A stretch of 62,342 nt of DNA, counting the filler, from Nemertoderma westbladi (Eukaryota; Animalia; Xenacoelomorpha), in the NCBI GenBank assembly GCA_032718475.1. It is 3 parts of 3 records of this genome, joined end to end, with 100 filler letters (N's around TTAATTAATTAA, not from the genome) between each part and the next. Parts side by side here need not be neighbours in the genome. Positions count along the whole stretch, not along the records: positions 1 to 31,246 come from JAUCBJ010007373.1; 2 more parts are not named here. One strand, written 5' to 3'. The notes under the pieces are model-generated. The model saw nothing but the letters and a program-made list of their open reading frames with translations, did no database searches and had not been told where the DNA came from. Shown here piece by piece: positions 1-13,489 of the stretch (within the stretch, counting starts at the first letter, position 1; the number at the start of each line of letters is the position of its first letter). The translations under genes and the position numbers were made by a program.

Positions 1-20
1 TGGTGGGTTACCGCTACCGA

Positions 21-117
21 CTGACCGGTGCCAGTACTATAGTCCAGTAGTCACTGCTGACTGCTAGCAGTCAGCAGTGACTACTGTGTACTGGACTATA
101 GTACTGGCACCGGTCAG
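21..117. repeat. Near-perfect palindrome/hairpin with arms of about 45 bp
   Basis: ctgaccggtgccagtactatagtccagtagtcactgctgactgct is mirrored by agcagtcagcagtgactactgtgtactggactatagtactggcaccggtcag. The only difference is a 7-nt insertion in the right arm. Confidence 0.85.
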
Positions 118-1984
118 CGACCGGTGCCCACTATCAGACTATACTATACAGCTACGGTAGTCCAGTAATCTAGGCCTACATAATTACCTGACTGCCTGAT
201 TACTGAATTAAGAAATATTAAAACATAGAAAACAATACATGAAAGCAACAGGCAGACAGGTAATTGTTAAACTAATACCAGAAATAGATTCTCCATAATT
301 TTTTACCCTAGAATGTATATGTCAGTATGTTTATCAGTTCAACTGGTAACCGGTAACAAAAACAACATGGCCTTCGCTAGCGAAGTCTGGATTTACCGTG
401 TGCCAGTCCTTGCTTCAGTAGTCCTTGCTAATGGGTGCATGTAAAGTCCGGACTGCGGACTTCGGACTGCGGATTGTCAATTAAAAGCCCAAATATGCGC
501 GGTCAATTTGAATTATAGCATTATAATGTAAGAATCCGCTCTTTGTTGTCTGGACAAACGGCGGACTGAAGCCAGAAAATTGTAACCTGATTGGCTCAAT
601 CATATGGGGCGCCGTTTGGGCCAAAAATAAAAAAAACATATTATATTAAAAAGTTATAATGGTATGTTTTTTTATCTTGCCGTTTGGGCCAAAAGTTGTA
701 ATGGTATGTTTTTTTATCTTGCCGTTTGGGCCAAAAATAGCTGAGAGGGAAATTTGAATTATCACTTTCTATATACTGTATTTATAGCAATTGCAATTAT
801 CATCATACCTGTGAGCCTGTCTGCCTATACATGATTGTGGATTGTATTTACACACGGCAGCACGGTACCGTATCGCTGTAGGAGTGGACTTTAGGCTTAC
901 CTCCCGCTGTGTGGGCCTTGGCCTACCGGTACTCATATACTGTCACTGGGTAATGCTGTAATGTAGCGTTAGGCTGTTAGGTACAAATGACATTCTGACA
1001 TTAATGCCTCAGTATTGCAGTATTGTGGACCACAAGATGTAGGCCTATCACAAGCACAAGGTGTAATGCTACAGGGCCTAAAGTATACTGATTTGTACCT
1101 AACAGCCTAACGCATTACAGCATTACCCAGTGACAGTATATGAGTACTGGTAGGCCAAGGCCCATACAGCCATACAGCGGGAGGTAAGCCTAAAGTCCAC
1201 TCCTACAGCGATACGGTACCGTGTGTAAATACAATCCACAATCATGTATAGGCAGACAGGCTCACAGGTATGATGATAATTGCAATAGCTAAATACAGTA
1301 TATAGAAAGTGATAATTCAAATTTCCCTCTCAGCTATTTTTGGCCCAAACGGCAAGATAAAAAAACATACCATTACAACTTTTGGCCCAAACGGCAAGAT
1401 AAAAAACATACCATTATATAACTTTCCCAGTAAAAAATCCGCATTCGTAACGCATGGGATGGCGCATATTTCACGCATTCGTAACGCATTCTGAAATGTT
1501 ACATAGATGAACCATGCGATACGAATGCGAAAACCGAACCAAATACGCATCCTTTATTCGCATATCGAATGTAATACGAACCTTATTCGAATACCGCACA
1601 TTCTACGAATGCGCCCCTAATCTTATACGAATGTTTCCCGCACACTATACGAATGCGTCCCGCATGTTATATACGAATGTTTCCCACGCTATACGAATGC
1701 GTTACGAATGTTTTACGAGTGTTATACGAATGTTTACCGCAGGATTTTTATTTTTTTATTATTTCGCTACAGTTTACATAGTTTTAACAGTTTACAACTG
1801 TTAAAACGTGTCCATTTTATTTTATTATTCTGAATATACTTGATATTCCGAATCGAATATGAAAGCCATTTTTAATTTCCCCCAAAAAAAGTTCAGATAT
1901 GATTCAAGAGCACGCAATTTCAGACGTAAATCGTTATAGTTCTGATGATTTTATTATCTAGAATATTAATTTCAAGCTTTTAAT

Positions 1985-2165
1985 TAATCTTATTAATTAT
2001 TATTGATGGTTTATTATTTTTTATGATATTTTATTATTATATTATTTTATTATTATATTATATTATTTTATTATTATATTATATTATTTTATTTTTATAT
2101 TATATTATTTTATTATTATATATATTTGTATTATTATTATACAGTATATATATTTTATTACTTAT
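1985..2165. repeat. AT-rich low-complexity tract
   Basis: Runs of tattat/ttatta; explains spurious ORF 2023-2325. Confidence 0.8.
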
Positions 2166-2487
2166 TAACGAAAAAAAGCGAATTAAAATTCTAGAATATA
2201 GTAAAAAAAACATTGAAATTATGTTGATGCATCTCATAAAATGTATGCCTTTGATGTATTTTGTCTGTAAGATTTTTTTACCATTAATAAGTGTAGGGCC
2301 TACTGTAGCAGTTACCGGTAATTAACTGCTACAGTACAGTATATCAGTAGACTTTTTAATGGCGTTTTATAGCGAATTAAACAAATTCGACCTGGAAGCC
2401 TAAGAAACTGTGTGAGAATATCACCATACACAGGTACAATTTAATAAAAATTCCACATGCTTTATAATATGTATTGGTACTGTACTA

Positions 2488-2660
2488 TAGGCCAGGTGAG
2501 ATAAATAATGACAACATAAAACTACTGTAAAGGATGACAGGGGCTAAAACTACGGGTGGGGGGTGCCTAGTGCCTACATACTATAAGTATGCCTACATAC
2601 TGTAGTTCCTTAAGTTAATACAGTAGTTTTATGTTGTCATTATTTATCTCACCTAGCCTA
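2488..2660. repeat. Internal inverted repeat (possible small MITE)
   Basis: aggtgagataaataatgacaacataaaactactgta versus tacagtagttttatgttgtcattatttatctcacct. Confidence 0.7.
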
Positions 2661-3599
2661 CAGTACATTACCTTTACATTATTACAGTATATCAAGCATG
2701 TTGGTAAAGGGAACAGGTTTACCTACCAAAATAATGGGGAACCAAAAATAATAAACGGGAGTTAAGAATTACTGGGCAACCCATTAAATAAATATATAGT
2801 AAAAGTACATGGGACTGGCTGACTGGTAACAAAGGGGGAGAGCTACTAACTAATAACACTATGTTAGATTATTTGCCGAATGGTGATTGGCCAGTATTAC
2901 AGTGTGTACGGTACTCTAATTGAGAGTGCTTTGCATGCGTATCGCATGCGTCACGAATGGACCACGAATAATTTTAAGAGTGGCGTGGCTAAGCATTCGT
3001 ATCGCATGTGGCACGAACGAATGAACCACGAATTATTTTTTGTGTGGAGTGGAAGCATTCGTATCGCATGTGCCACGCCCCCACGAATGATGAGCCACGA
3101 ATATATTTTACAAGTGAAATCTCACATGCGATACGAATACTATACGCATTCGTTAAATTATTCGGACTGACGAACCATTGACGAAGGCTTCACGAATCTT
3201 AAATAACATTGCACGCACCTTTTACGAATGCTGCATGTGGCACGAATGCGTTACGCATGCGGATTTTTTACTGGGTTTTAATAAAATATGTTTTTTTTAT
3301 TTTTGGCCCAAACGGCGCCCCATACAATCATAGTAAAACATATCACATAGTAGGCCTACTGTAATAACAATAGGTTGATTGATTGATTGATTTATTTTCC
3401 CAAATAATACATAAATATAACAAATACATTACATAATTCACAATAAAATGGCTGAATGGGCAGGAAGACTGCTTAGTAGCATAGTGCTAGTTAGCGCAGT
3501 ATCCTGTTAGGTACCGGAATATATAATACATAAATTGGGTAGATACATCTTACGTTAATGTGCAAGCAACTACATCTGTCCCAGACTGCCAGACATGTA

Positions 3600-4097
3600 C
3601 CTGACTAGTTAACCAGTCAGCTTAGTTGTTCACGTGCTGCTCGAAGTCCCAGACTTGTTAACCAGTCAGCTTAGTTGTTCACGTGCTACTCGAAGTCCCA
3701 GACTAGTTAATCAGTCAGCTTAGTTGTTCTAGTGCTGTTCAAAGTCCCAGACTAGTTAATCAGTCAGCTTAGTTGTTCACGTGCTACTCGAAGTCCCAGA
3801 CTAGTTAACCAGTCAGCTTAGTTGTTCACGTGCTGCTCGAAGCCCCAGACTAGTTAACGTGCTGGTTTAGTTGTTCACGTGCTGCTCGAAGTCCCAGACT
3901 AGGTAACCAGCCAGTTTAGTTGTTCACGTGCTGCTCGAAGCTCCAGACTAGTAAACGCGTGCTGATTTAGTTGTTCACGTGCTGCTCGAAGTCCCAGACT
4001 AGGTAACCAACCAGTTTAGTTGTTCATGTGGTGCTCGAAGCCCCAGACTAGAGTACGTGCTGGTTTAGTTGTTCACGTGCTGCTCGAAGTCCCAGAA
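3600..4097. repeat. Minisatellite, unit about 49 bp, about 10 copies
   Basis: Unit gtcccagactagttaaccagtcagcttagttgttcacgtgctgctcgaa; period 3646 to 3695. Confidence 0.9.
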
Positions 4098-4276
4098 TAG
4101 ATAAATCAACAATATTAACGAATGAGTGAGTTAAACCGATAAGAAATAATTTATTCTGATTCAATGAATTACATTAGTCTTACTCTATTCATGTATTCAA
4201 TGTTAAAACAGATTTGAATTTACCGCCAATATATAGGTGGCAGATCTGATCTGCCACCCTTTCCAGTACAAATAAC

Positions 4277-5668
4277 GCAATAATTTTTATTGTCCGTTTA
4301 AATCCTTTTTTTGTCCTTTTTTTTTTATTTTTATGTCCTCCAAAAGTCTAATGTTAGGTTCCATGCTACCGGTTTCTCTACTGCTGTTCTCTCAGGCTAT
4401 CAGTACCGGTATTAGTATATATAGCACTATTTTGCTGTATTGTATGTACAGATGTAGGTATAAAGCAGGTATTTCTGTATTTTAGTACCGGTACCGGCAC
4501 CGGTACTGCTATAGGCCTACTGTGTAGCCTACCATTTAAATACGGTAATCATGGTAGGCCTACCGGTTGTGCTAATAAATTTTAAATAATTGATAGGCCA
4601 AACTGGATTGCAGGATTGTGGAAAATGTGGATATACCTTTCACATAATTTAGGCCTATTACTGTATTAGTTTTATCGTCTCTGTAACCTGCTCCTTTCCC
4701 TCAATTAGTTAAATGATCGTTTATTGTTTTGGTTAGAAAATCCCGCCTCTGTAACATGCCCCTTTCCCTCAATTAGTTAAATGATCGTTTATTGTTTTGG
4801 TTAGAAAATCCCGCCTCTGTAACCTGCTGCTTTCCCTGAATTGGTAAAGTGACCGTTTATTGTTTTGGTTAGAAAGGCCCGCCTCTGTAACCTGCCCCTT
4901 TCCCTCAATTAGTTAAATGATCGTTTATTGTTTTGGTTAGAAAATCCCGCCTCTGTAACCTGCTCCTTTCCCTCAATTAGTTAAGTGATCGTTTATTGTT
5001 TTGGTTAGAAAATTCCGCCTCTGTAACCTGTCCCTTTCCCTCAATTAGTTAAATGATCGTTTATTGTTTTGGTTAGAAAATCCCGCCTCTGTAACCTGCT
5101 CCTTTCCCTCAATAAGTTAAGTGATCGTTTATTGTTTTGGTTAGAAAATCCCGCCTCTGTAACCTGCTCCTTTCCCTCAATTAGTTAAGTGATCGTTTAT
5201 TGTTTTGGTTAGAAAATCCCGTCTCTGTAACCTGCTCCTTTCCCTGATTTGGTAAAGTGACTGTTTATTGTTTTGGTTAGAAAACTCGGCCTTAACCTGC
5301 ACCTTTCCATCAATTGGTAATTGTTTTTGGCTATAAAATGAGTGTTTTGCTACGTCATGTGGTAATCGATTATCGACAACAACCACAAACTATTAAATAT
5401 AGAGTCTTTTTACCACAGGCGCATATGGAAATCTATCTCATAGTCCATAAATCATGGAATCATGGAATGTTTTGGCACAGGCATAGTGAAATAAACTGTC
5501 TGACAGTCCAGAAATCAGCAGTCTGACAGTTTGAAGAAATACATACATAAAAAGTCATTAAAAGGACAATAAAAGTCATTAAATGGACAACAAAAGTCAT
5601 TATGCATAATTCGTAAAAAAAAAATGACAAAAAAAGTCAAATAAAAGGACATAAAAAATCACTGCCTA
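4277..5668. mobile_element. hAT-like non-autonomous element with 8-bp TSD
   Basis: TSD caaataac at 4269-4276 and 5669-5676. The right end (aaaaggacataaaaaatcactgccta) has a degenerate inverted match at the left end. The two flanks are contiguous in an uninterrupted copy at about 7354-7470. Confidence 0.7.
4679..5325. repeat. Minisatellite, 68-bp unit, about 9.5 copies, inside the hAT-like element
   Basis: Unit ctctgtaacctgctcctttccctcaattagttaaatgatcgtttattgttttggttagaaaatcccgc. Confidence 0.9.
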
Positions 5669-5725
5669 CAAATAACATGTCTTTCAATCATTTGAATTTC
5701 CCGCGCTATGGAGCAGGGAGCAGGC

Positions 5726-6122
5726 AAATTTTATGGTAGCTAGTGTTTTAGATAGGTTTAGCTAGTAATTTCAACACTGGTTCCGGCTTCCTACTTCCCT
5801 CTATAAATATTTGGTAGTACTGTAGCTAGTTCTTATTACTATTTGTATAGAAAATGTTCCAGAACATGTTATCTATTCATTTTTAAAAAAGTTATGTTCT
5901 AGATTTTTTTCTAAAAAATGTTCTAGAACCAAAAATATTCGTTCTAGAACGTGATTTTTTCTTAAAATGAAATAGCTGAAATGTTCTGGAACATTTTCTA
6001 TACAAATAAAATAGTAATAAAAACTACCTACTACAAAATATTTATAGAGGGAAGTAGGTTGTCGGAATTAGTGTTGAAATTACTAGCTAAACCTACCTAA
6101 AACACTAGCTACCATACAATTT
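5726..6122. mobile_element. MITE-like long inverted repeat
   Basis: Arms of about 150 bp: tggtagctagtgttttagataggtttagctagtaatttcaacact... versus ...agtgttgaaattactagctaaacctacctaaaacactagctacca. Related sequence at about 18470-18660. Confidence 0.75.
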
Positions 6123-6943
6123 AGTATCTTGCATAACGAGGAGTCTTCAATTACGACCGTTGACCAAATTGCAGCAAATTAAAATTTATAGAACTCTCCC
6201 CATATCAAAATAGTGTATTAAAAACTGGCCTCTTTTTTTAAGGCCAAATCGACAACATGTTAGACCGTATATATAGTAGGCCATGATTGAGTAGATCAGT
6301 ACAGTACCGGTACAGGCCACAATGGTATTGCTGTGATTTCGTAATTTGACCGAAACCCAGCTGATTTAGTCTCGGAGCAACCCGCTGATGGCAAGCCTAA
6401 TCATTTTGGATAAATAAATTTATTATAACTGTAAGACAGTACTCTGGTGGTGCCCACGCAAATTCTACTTTGAAAATTTCTAAACTTTTGACAGACTATT
6501 AGCCTACAAAGTTTGGTTTTGGTGCTTGGAACAGGATCGGAGAAAGCATCACTGATTCGATGTCGGATACGTGGGAATCTCTACATCAATCGCGCATCAT
6601 CTATACTATTATATATTATTGTAGGATTATCAGCAGTTAATTAATTAACTGCTCCAAACAAAGCTTTTACCACATCGGTCACAATCGCAATCATGATGAA
6701 TAACTAATGTAATGATAATACTTAATACTTAAAATATCAATTCAAATAAAATAAGAGTACCGAAAAATTATATTCATAGTAAAGCATTGTAATTTAATTT
6801 AGTAGAAAAATCATTGCGATTTTATATATTATAACAGATATTAGAATATTCATAAGGAACATATACAACAAAATATATAACAAAGTAATAACAATCCTGT
6901 AAAATATGATATATAACAACATTACTAATATACACTGAAATTA

Positions 6944-7180
6944 TTGGAATTGAATATAATAACATTAACACGATTATTATACGATTGGGCGGAACGCCAA
7001 TGTGTATTTCCTGAGGTTCCTCCATACGGATTCAGAAAGTCGAGATCCACGATTGACGCCGTTAGATATTTATACACCCGCGTAAACACTTTCTCTCGAA
7101 CCAGCCGGTGCGGTGGGCATTTGTACTGCGTCTTTGTAGATTTTCGAAAATGTTTCGATTCGATAAACAAGTTTATAGTT
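6944..7180 (+). pseudogene. Non-LTR retrotransposon reverse transcriptase fragment
   Basis: YGFRKSRSTIDAV...LYCVFVDFRKCFDSI matches the LINE RT motifs QxGFR...ST and DFxKAFD. Confidence 0.8.
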
Positions 7181-7829
7181 TTTGCAGATGATAAAAACCT
7201 ATTTAGATCAGGGGATGGGGGGGGGGGGGTACACCGGTACACCATGGGCTGATGGGCCATTAAACAGATACGAAATGTATTCTGACTGTCCGATTCAATT
7301 ACATCATCAGTCTTAGGCTTAGCAGTTTCGTCTCTTCCTATATTCAATGATACAACAGATTTGAATTTACCGCCAAAATATAGGTGGCAGATCTGATCTG
7401 CCACCTTATTTCCAGTACAAATCCCGTGTGTCTTTCAATCATTTGAATATCCCAAGCTATGGAGCAGGGAGGCACCTTAGCCGGGTTTTTTTGTCTGTGT
7501 CGTGGGATAGATGGATTTCATATAGGCGTACAAAGCGAATAGTACTACTACTATATTCTACTTTATGGTCACTGCCTTACATCGAATTATGCTCAACCCA
7601 AGCTCAAAATTAAACTAATATAATACCCAAATAAACTTTCTCAAATAGGCAACCCATGCAGTTTGGAGGGGGTGGGGTGGGAATCGAGCCCCCTACCCCC
7701 CCCCCCCCCCCCCCCCCCTGGACGCGCCCCTGAGTATACTATTGTGTTCAAATTGTGTTGTGTGACTCACCCAGCCCCTTTGGTCTGGGGCTCTGTTGCC
7801 ATATGGCTCATATTGAAGTATTGGCTATG

Positions 7830-8216
7830 TGGGGCCCTGGTGTGCTCAGGGCCCCAGCGTGCTCGGGGACCCCGGCGTGCTCGGGCGTGCTCGGGGCCCC
7901 AGCCTGCTTGGGCGTGCTCGGGGCCCTGGCGTACTTGGTGCCCCGGCATGCTCGCCCCGGCATGCTCGCCCCGGCATGCTCGCCCCGGCGTGCTCGGGGC
8001 CCCAGCGTGCTCGGTGACCCGGCGTGCTCGGGGCCCCGGCGTGCTCGGGGCCCAAGCGTGCTTGGGCGTGCTCGGGGCCCCAGCGTGCTCAATGACCCGG
8101 CGTGCTCGGGGCCCTGGCGTGCTTGGTGCCCCGGCATGCTCGCCCCGGCGTGCTTGGTTGTGCTCAGGGCCCCAGCGTGCTCAGTGACCCGGCCTGCTCG
8201 GGGCCCCGGCGTGCTC
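7830..8216. repeat. GC-rich short-period tandem repeat
   Basis: Variants of cggcgtgctcggggccc and catgctcgcccc. It is followed by ...gggggccctaacgccgccactg, a possible hAT-type MITE end. Confidence 0.85.
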
Positions 8217-9159
8217 TGGGCCTCCCCCGATCGGGGGGTTCGGGGGCCCTAACGCCGCCACTGCTACTTAGATTGCTACAAAGCTATACAATACATAAGA
8301 AGTTCGAAAACAAAGTCGGTGAAGTTCCGCAAAGGTGGTAGATTATCACGATGTGATGTTCTGGAATACAATGGTCACAACATTGAATTTAATCGACCTG
8401 CACAAAAAGTGCCATATTTTTCGAACAAACGGATTTACGAAGCTATCCATACTCAGTTTTCAAAGTAAAATATCTCAGGTCGTTGTGTTAAAGTTACAGA
8501 ATAATAGTTTTATAAATAAAAAATAAATATATTTGGGGTAATGGTACCATTGATTTTCATTAAAGGGCCGGTCCTATCATTCAAGTTCAAATAATCACAA
8601 CCACTGGACATTAGCGAATTGGTTCTGGTAAAATAGTTCAATGTTAAACATTAGTGTTTATGAGAAAAGCGTGCAGTACTACTATTTTAATGTATTTTAA
8701 TTACTACACGTACCTTGCATTGGCTCACGGTTCATTTTCATTTAATTTCAGCGCACGGATTATGCCCCGGCATGCTTTAATTAGTAAAAGGTCGTGCAAC
8801 GAACAGTTATATAAAACAATCTAAAGTCAAACACGCAAGAATAAATAAATAAAATATAGGATCAGGGCATTAAAAAAAATAAAATGAAACAAAACATTTG
8901 ACGTTATGTAGATGGGTGTCGCCAAAGTTTATCTACTCAAACCAAATTAAGAACCAAATTACTAACATTATAACCCCGTTCATATGTGAATTGTAAACAA
9001 TAAGGTAAAAAAAACAAGCAACATCTTTATTAATCAAAAATCACTAAAAAAAAAACCCACCACCAGAACAACCAATCAAATTCAATTTAAATAACAGACA
9101 GACAGACAGACAGACAATTAAAATTTGACGTGGGAAATTTAAACTGTAAAACATATCGT

Positions 9160-10920
9160 CCAACCTATAGACCAATCACCAAGGTTAAGGCAGAATCACC
9201 AGCCAATTGCCTCAATGGTTGGAAGGCCCACTTTGAAAAGATCCTCAATAATGACACGGTATTGCCTAATAACTTCATAGAAGTAAAAGTGTCTGAGTCG
9301 AGTCTTTACTCCCAGATATTCACATTGACGACTATTTCCTTTGCAGAAGTGAAGGCTGCTGCAAGCAAAGAGCATTAAGACCAATCGTGCCAGTGGAGAA
9401 GGTGGTGTTCCCCCTGAGGTCTTTAAAATACCTGAGTGTTCAATGCTCATCTATCCCATCATAGTAGACATGTACAAAACAACAAGAGTCCCACAAAAAA
9501 TGAAAACAAACAAGTTGGTGCCAGTTCCCAAGAAGGGCAACCTATCACTCTATGGTTCTTTTCGAGGAATCTCATTGATCTCGATTGCTGCAAAGCTATA
9601 CAATAGAATTATATTAAATCGCATCAGGGATCCCATTGAGAGACTGCTCCGTGGAAATCAGAATGGGTTCCGTAAAGGTCGTGGGACTATGGAGCCCATT
9701 TTGACACTTAGAAGGATAATTGAAGAGTTATCAAAAAAGAAAGACAGGCATCTGGCTGTTAGCTTTGTTGACCTCTTCAAGGCCTTTGATTCAGTCTCTC
9801 GCTCACGTATGTTCAGCATACTTCCATTATATGAGATTCCTGATAAAATTATTGCAGCAATCAGATCAGTATACGATGGTTCGACAACATTTGTGTCTAC
9901 TGTTGATGGTGACACAGAACCATTTGAAGTATTATGGGGAGTCCTTGGATTATGGGTGGTTGACTATGTTCTACACATGGCCTTAGATCATCATAATGAT
10001 GATGGGGTGATAGTAACTCCACCTACTGGCTCCAGAAGTCGAGGAAATCCTGCCAAGTACCTAACTGATCTAGACTTTGCTGATGACTTAGGAATACTCT
10101 CAGAATCACTAGAGGGAGCCCAACGGCTCCTCAGCTGATTAGAACAGGCTGCTTCTAGTGTTGGGCTTTTTATTAACTCCAAAACGACCAAAATTTTGAC
10201 AGTTAACTTTGAAAGTCCTCAGCAAGTCTCTGACCGGATGAGCATAAGCTCAAAGGATGGTATGCTTGAGCATGTGGACGACTTCTGTTACCTGGGATCA
10301 TGGATCCGGAAGTCAGATGAGGACCTTCGAATACGTAAGAGAAAGGCATGAGCAGCCTTTAATAGGCTTTCCAGTATTTGGAAGTCACAGATAATTAATC
10401 GGAAACTTAAGGTCAGTTTATTTAGAGCAGCAGAAGTTCCAGTACTCCTCTATGGAAGTCCATGCTGGGCTCTAACTGCTGAGGACACCAAATCTCTGGA
10501 TGGAACATTCACAAGAATGCTACACCAGGACCATTGTGTCAAGTACAATGCACACATCTCCAACCAGACACTATATAACATTGGAGGACATATAAAATTG
10601 GATATATATCCCATTGGTTCCCCCACGCTTGACACTAGAACAAAGTCGCCTCCGCTTTGCAGGTCACTGCTTTCGCCGTGAGGACCACCCAGTGCATAAT
10701 CTTGTGCTTTGGCAGCCTCGTGGAGTGAATAACCATGGTGGACAGCCCATGACTTTCTTGAGACGCATCTTAAAGGACACTGGCCTTGAAGATGCGGATG
10801 ATCTAGCAAATATCATGGGTGATAGGGTGTTGTGGCGGCGCAATTTTGTCGTCAAGCCGGCACAGCATTCGTAAAAATGCAGCTGCAATGCAGCATGCCG
10901 ATCCTAGTAGTAGTAGTAGT
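9160..10920 (+). mobile_element. 5'-truncated, decayed LINE (RTE-like) with (TAG)n tail
   Basis: VPVPKKGNLS..FRGISLIS, NQNGFRKGRGT, FVDLFKAFDSV, LDFADDLGIL, FCYLGSWI, RLRFAGHCFR..LVLWQP. Frameshifts and in-frame stops are present; tagtagtagtagt at 10905-10920. Confidence 0.9.
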
Positions 10921-11011
10921 TCAGTAATATGTAGTATGTTCAGTTATGTACTCTGTTTGAAACTTGTCTTTGAACCCAGATTCAGTCTGTGTTCTTACCC
11001 TCGACCCCTTT

Positions 11012-11150
11012 GTTCGCGCTTTTAGACCTTTAACAGTTTAACCTGTTAATTTACGTGTCTTATGATGTCTGACAGCCCGCACAAAATATGACCACATCAG
11101 AAGCCAGTCTAGCGCGGCGTATGACCCACCGGATGTGGGAGACTGGATTC
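11012..11150. repeat. Dispersed structured repeat, copy 1
   Basis: Diverged reverse complement of 22328-22464. Confidence 0.75.
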
Positions 11151-12135
11151 TATGGCAGAGAGAGATGTAGGCTACTTTGTATTATCCGATTGATATAGAT
11201 TCGATAGATATTGACATATAATCTCCAAAAACTATGTTTATTTTAAGTGAAATACCAGGTGCTGCGCTTTAAATACCACGCAGAGTTATGACTTATACTA
11301 ATTACAATGAATGGTCATGAGACTACACAATGTTTACATTCTTAAGGAATGTATAATTATTCGCTCGCATTCACGTCACTGGCAATAGTACTGAAACACA
11401 CCAATTTTCCGATGTCACCAATTTTAATCACATATAACGATAAATTTAGCTCACGTACGTTGGGGACTATAAAACAGCATAAACTCATACAAACCACTGT
11501 TATTTGAGCTAGGCAATTGTGAATAGTATTCCCCTCCGCTTACCTCAATAATCAAGAAAACCAAGAGATCTACCGGTTATTCGCAAGTATTCTCCAACTA
11601 TTAGCATTAATCAATATGTTACAAATTATGTATTATAACAATATAAACAATTTAAATTACGCGGTGTGCGGCATTTAATCATCAGTCAGATGTTGTGTTA
11701 CGAAAGTTGAGAGAGATAATGTGGTTTTATAGTTCTCTGACACTCTAGCCACATGGTCAGAAATACGTACACACTGAAGGAATTGCAGTAATATGTCCTT
11801 GCCTGAAGTAGCCCACCAGGCATGAATCACCATCGAACGCCGTAGAACCCATGGTATCCGGCAGAAATTCCAATCAGGAATCAGTAACCATGCCACTCGT
11901 CCGTAACCAAGGGATCCAGTAATTAAGGCTATGGCGTGACGTTGAGGGGAAAGTATACTGATTGGACGGTAAATAACACAGAGATAGGGGAACAAAGAGA
12001 ATACTGTCCAATGGTTGGTGATTTCGTAATCTCAGCAGCTAGGTTTCTCTAAGAGTGTACGATAAAGTTCTTTACTTAGAATAAACTCTGGAAGGAGTAA
12101 GTTTATATCAGTTCATAAAATATAAAAGTTCTTAA

Positions 12136-13489
12136 TCCTATTAGTACCGGGCTATAAAATGTTGTACAAATACCGGGGGGGGGGGGGTCATATTGACCCC
12201 CCCCCCCCCCCCCCTCTAAAATCTACAAATATTTACGAAATTACGAAAACGTCTGATTTCTTGTTTGTACGTAGGTATCACTTGTCTGGATCCGACCGAA
12301 AAAAAAAAATTTCGAAAAAAATGTACTGGGTTGGTTATATTGCAGCTCCAAAATTACAAGTAGTGCACAATTTTCACAAAATTTTAAAGTTACATTTTCG
12401 GCTAATTATTTTTCAATACAGGTTTTCTGGGGTGCAAAATACATTGGAAAATATTTAAAAATGATATGATTACTATAAATGGCTGTTTAGTCCTCTCTGC
12501 GTAGGAAAAAAATGAAAAAAAAAAAATAACCAGCACTTTTCAGTTAGAACACAAAATTTTTAATTCACTTATACGATGCTATAAATTCACGTTTTCAGGT
12601 TTTCGAGAGCGCTGATTCTAATGGAATACATTTCTAATATGCCAGATCATTGCTACTTGTATTTTCCGGCGTAATTTGGCAAATTTTGGTGCTAGCACCA
12701 AATTTCGTACCCATCACCAAAAAGTACAAGTTTGCGATACCCAGTGCTGTTTTTATGTTTTCTCTCTCTATGTTTTCAAAATTCGGTGCTAGCACCACAT
12801 TTTGCACCCACTTCCGAAAAATACAAGTTTGAGATGCCTAGTTCGAAAATTATATATTCCATTCAATTCAGAATAGCCATAAACATCTAAAACGCAAGAA
12901 ATAAATTGTCACAAACAATTTTATCAATTGAATGGATTTTCAAAATTTCGTGCTAGCACCAAAATTTGCACCCACTACCGAAAAATACAAGTTTGATATG
13001 CTTGGTGCAACTCGTATATATTTCATCGAAACCAGAACCCCAAAAACTCCAATTGTGTAAAAAACAAGTTTCACACAATCAATTTACAAAATTGACATAT
13101 TTCAAAATTTGGTGCTGGCACCAAAAATTGGCACCCGCCGAAAAAAACAAGTTTGAAATTTCTAAATCAATTTATATGAATTCCATCCAATTTCTAACAC
13201 CAAAAAAACCGGTGTAAATCAAAAATAGAGATGTTACAATTCATATTTAATGAAATGTAATTTTCAAAAAACGTCTCAAAAAAAGTGCCAAAAGTAGGGT
13301 TAAAAAATGGTGCTATAACTCGAAAACTACCCAATATTTTTGAAAACGGTTTTCACTACTAGGAAGACAATAGATTTTTAGGAAAAGTCATAATATTTCA
13401 GATTCCCAACTGCGTTTTTTTCAGAATTATAATAAAAAAACCACGGGGGGGGGGTCATATTGACCCCCCCCCCCCCTGGTTTAATAGGG
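12136..13489. mobile_element. piggyBac-like non-autonomous element
   Basis: TTAA at 12132-12135 and 13490-13493. Termini tcctatt / aataggg. The palindrome G(n)tcatattgaC(n) lies near both ends; internal ggtgctagcacc repeats. Confidence 0.8.

Larger units (their letters stand above)
1426..3275. mobile_element. Non-autonomous TIR element, EnSpm/CMC-like, nested in the foldback element
   Basis: TIRs cccagtaaaaaatccgcattcgtaacgcat / atgcgttacgcatgcggattttttactggg, with many subterminal acgaatg/cattcgt motifs at both ends. The host T-run is lengthened by 2 nt, consistent with a 2-bp TSD. No transposase ORF. Confidence 0.8.
603..3324. mobile_element. Foldback-type non-autonomous DNA transposon with long inverted arms; right arm split by a nested insertion
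   Basis: Termini tatggggcgccgtttgggccaaaa / ttttggcccaaacggcgccccata. About 603-990 is the reverse complement of about 1095-1425 plus 3276-3324. caatca occurs on both flanks (possible TSD). Confidence 0.85.

Noticed and set aside
2023-2325. Hydrophobic 100-aa ORF
   Set aside because: Translation of an AT-rich low-complexity tract inside a transposon.
7663-8341. Multiple overlapping ORFs
   Set aside because: Artefact of a GC-rich tandem repeat lacking stop codons.
11700-12120. Possible LTR retrotransposon 3' end and LTR, sharing gtgatttcgtaat with 6333
   Set aside because: Only a 13-nt match and vague peptide similarity; no paired LTR, PBS or TSD found.
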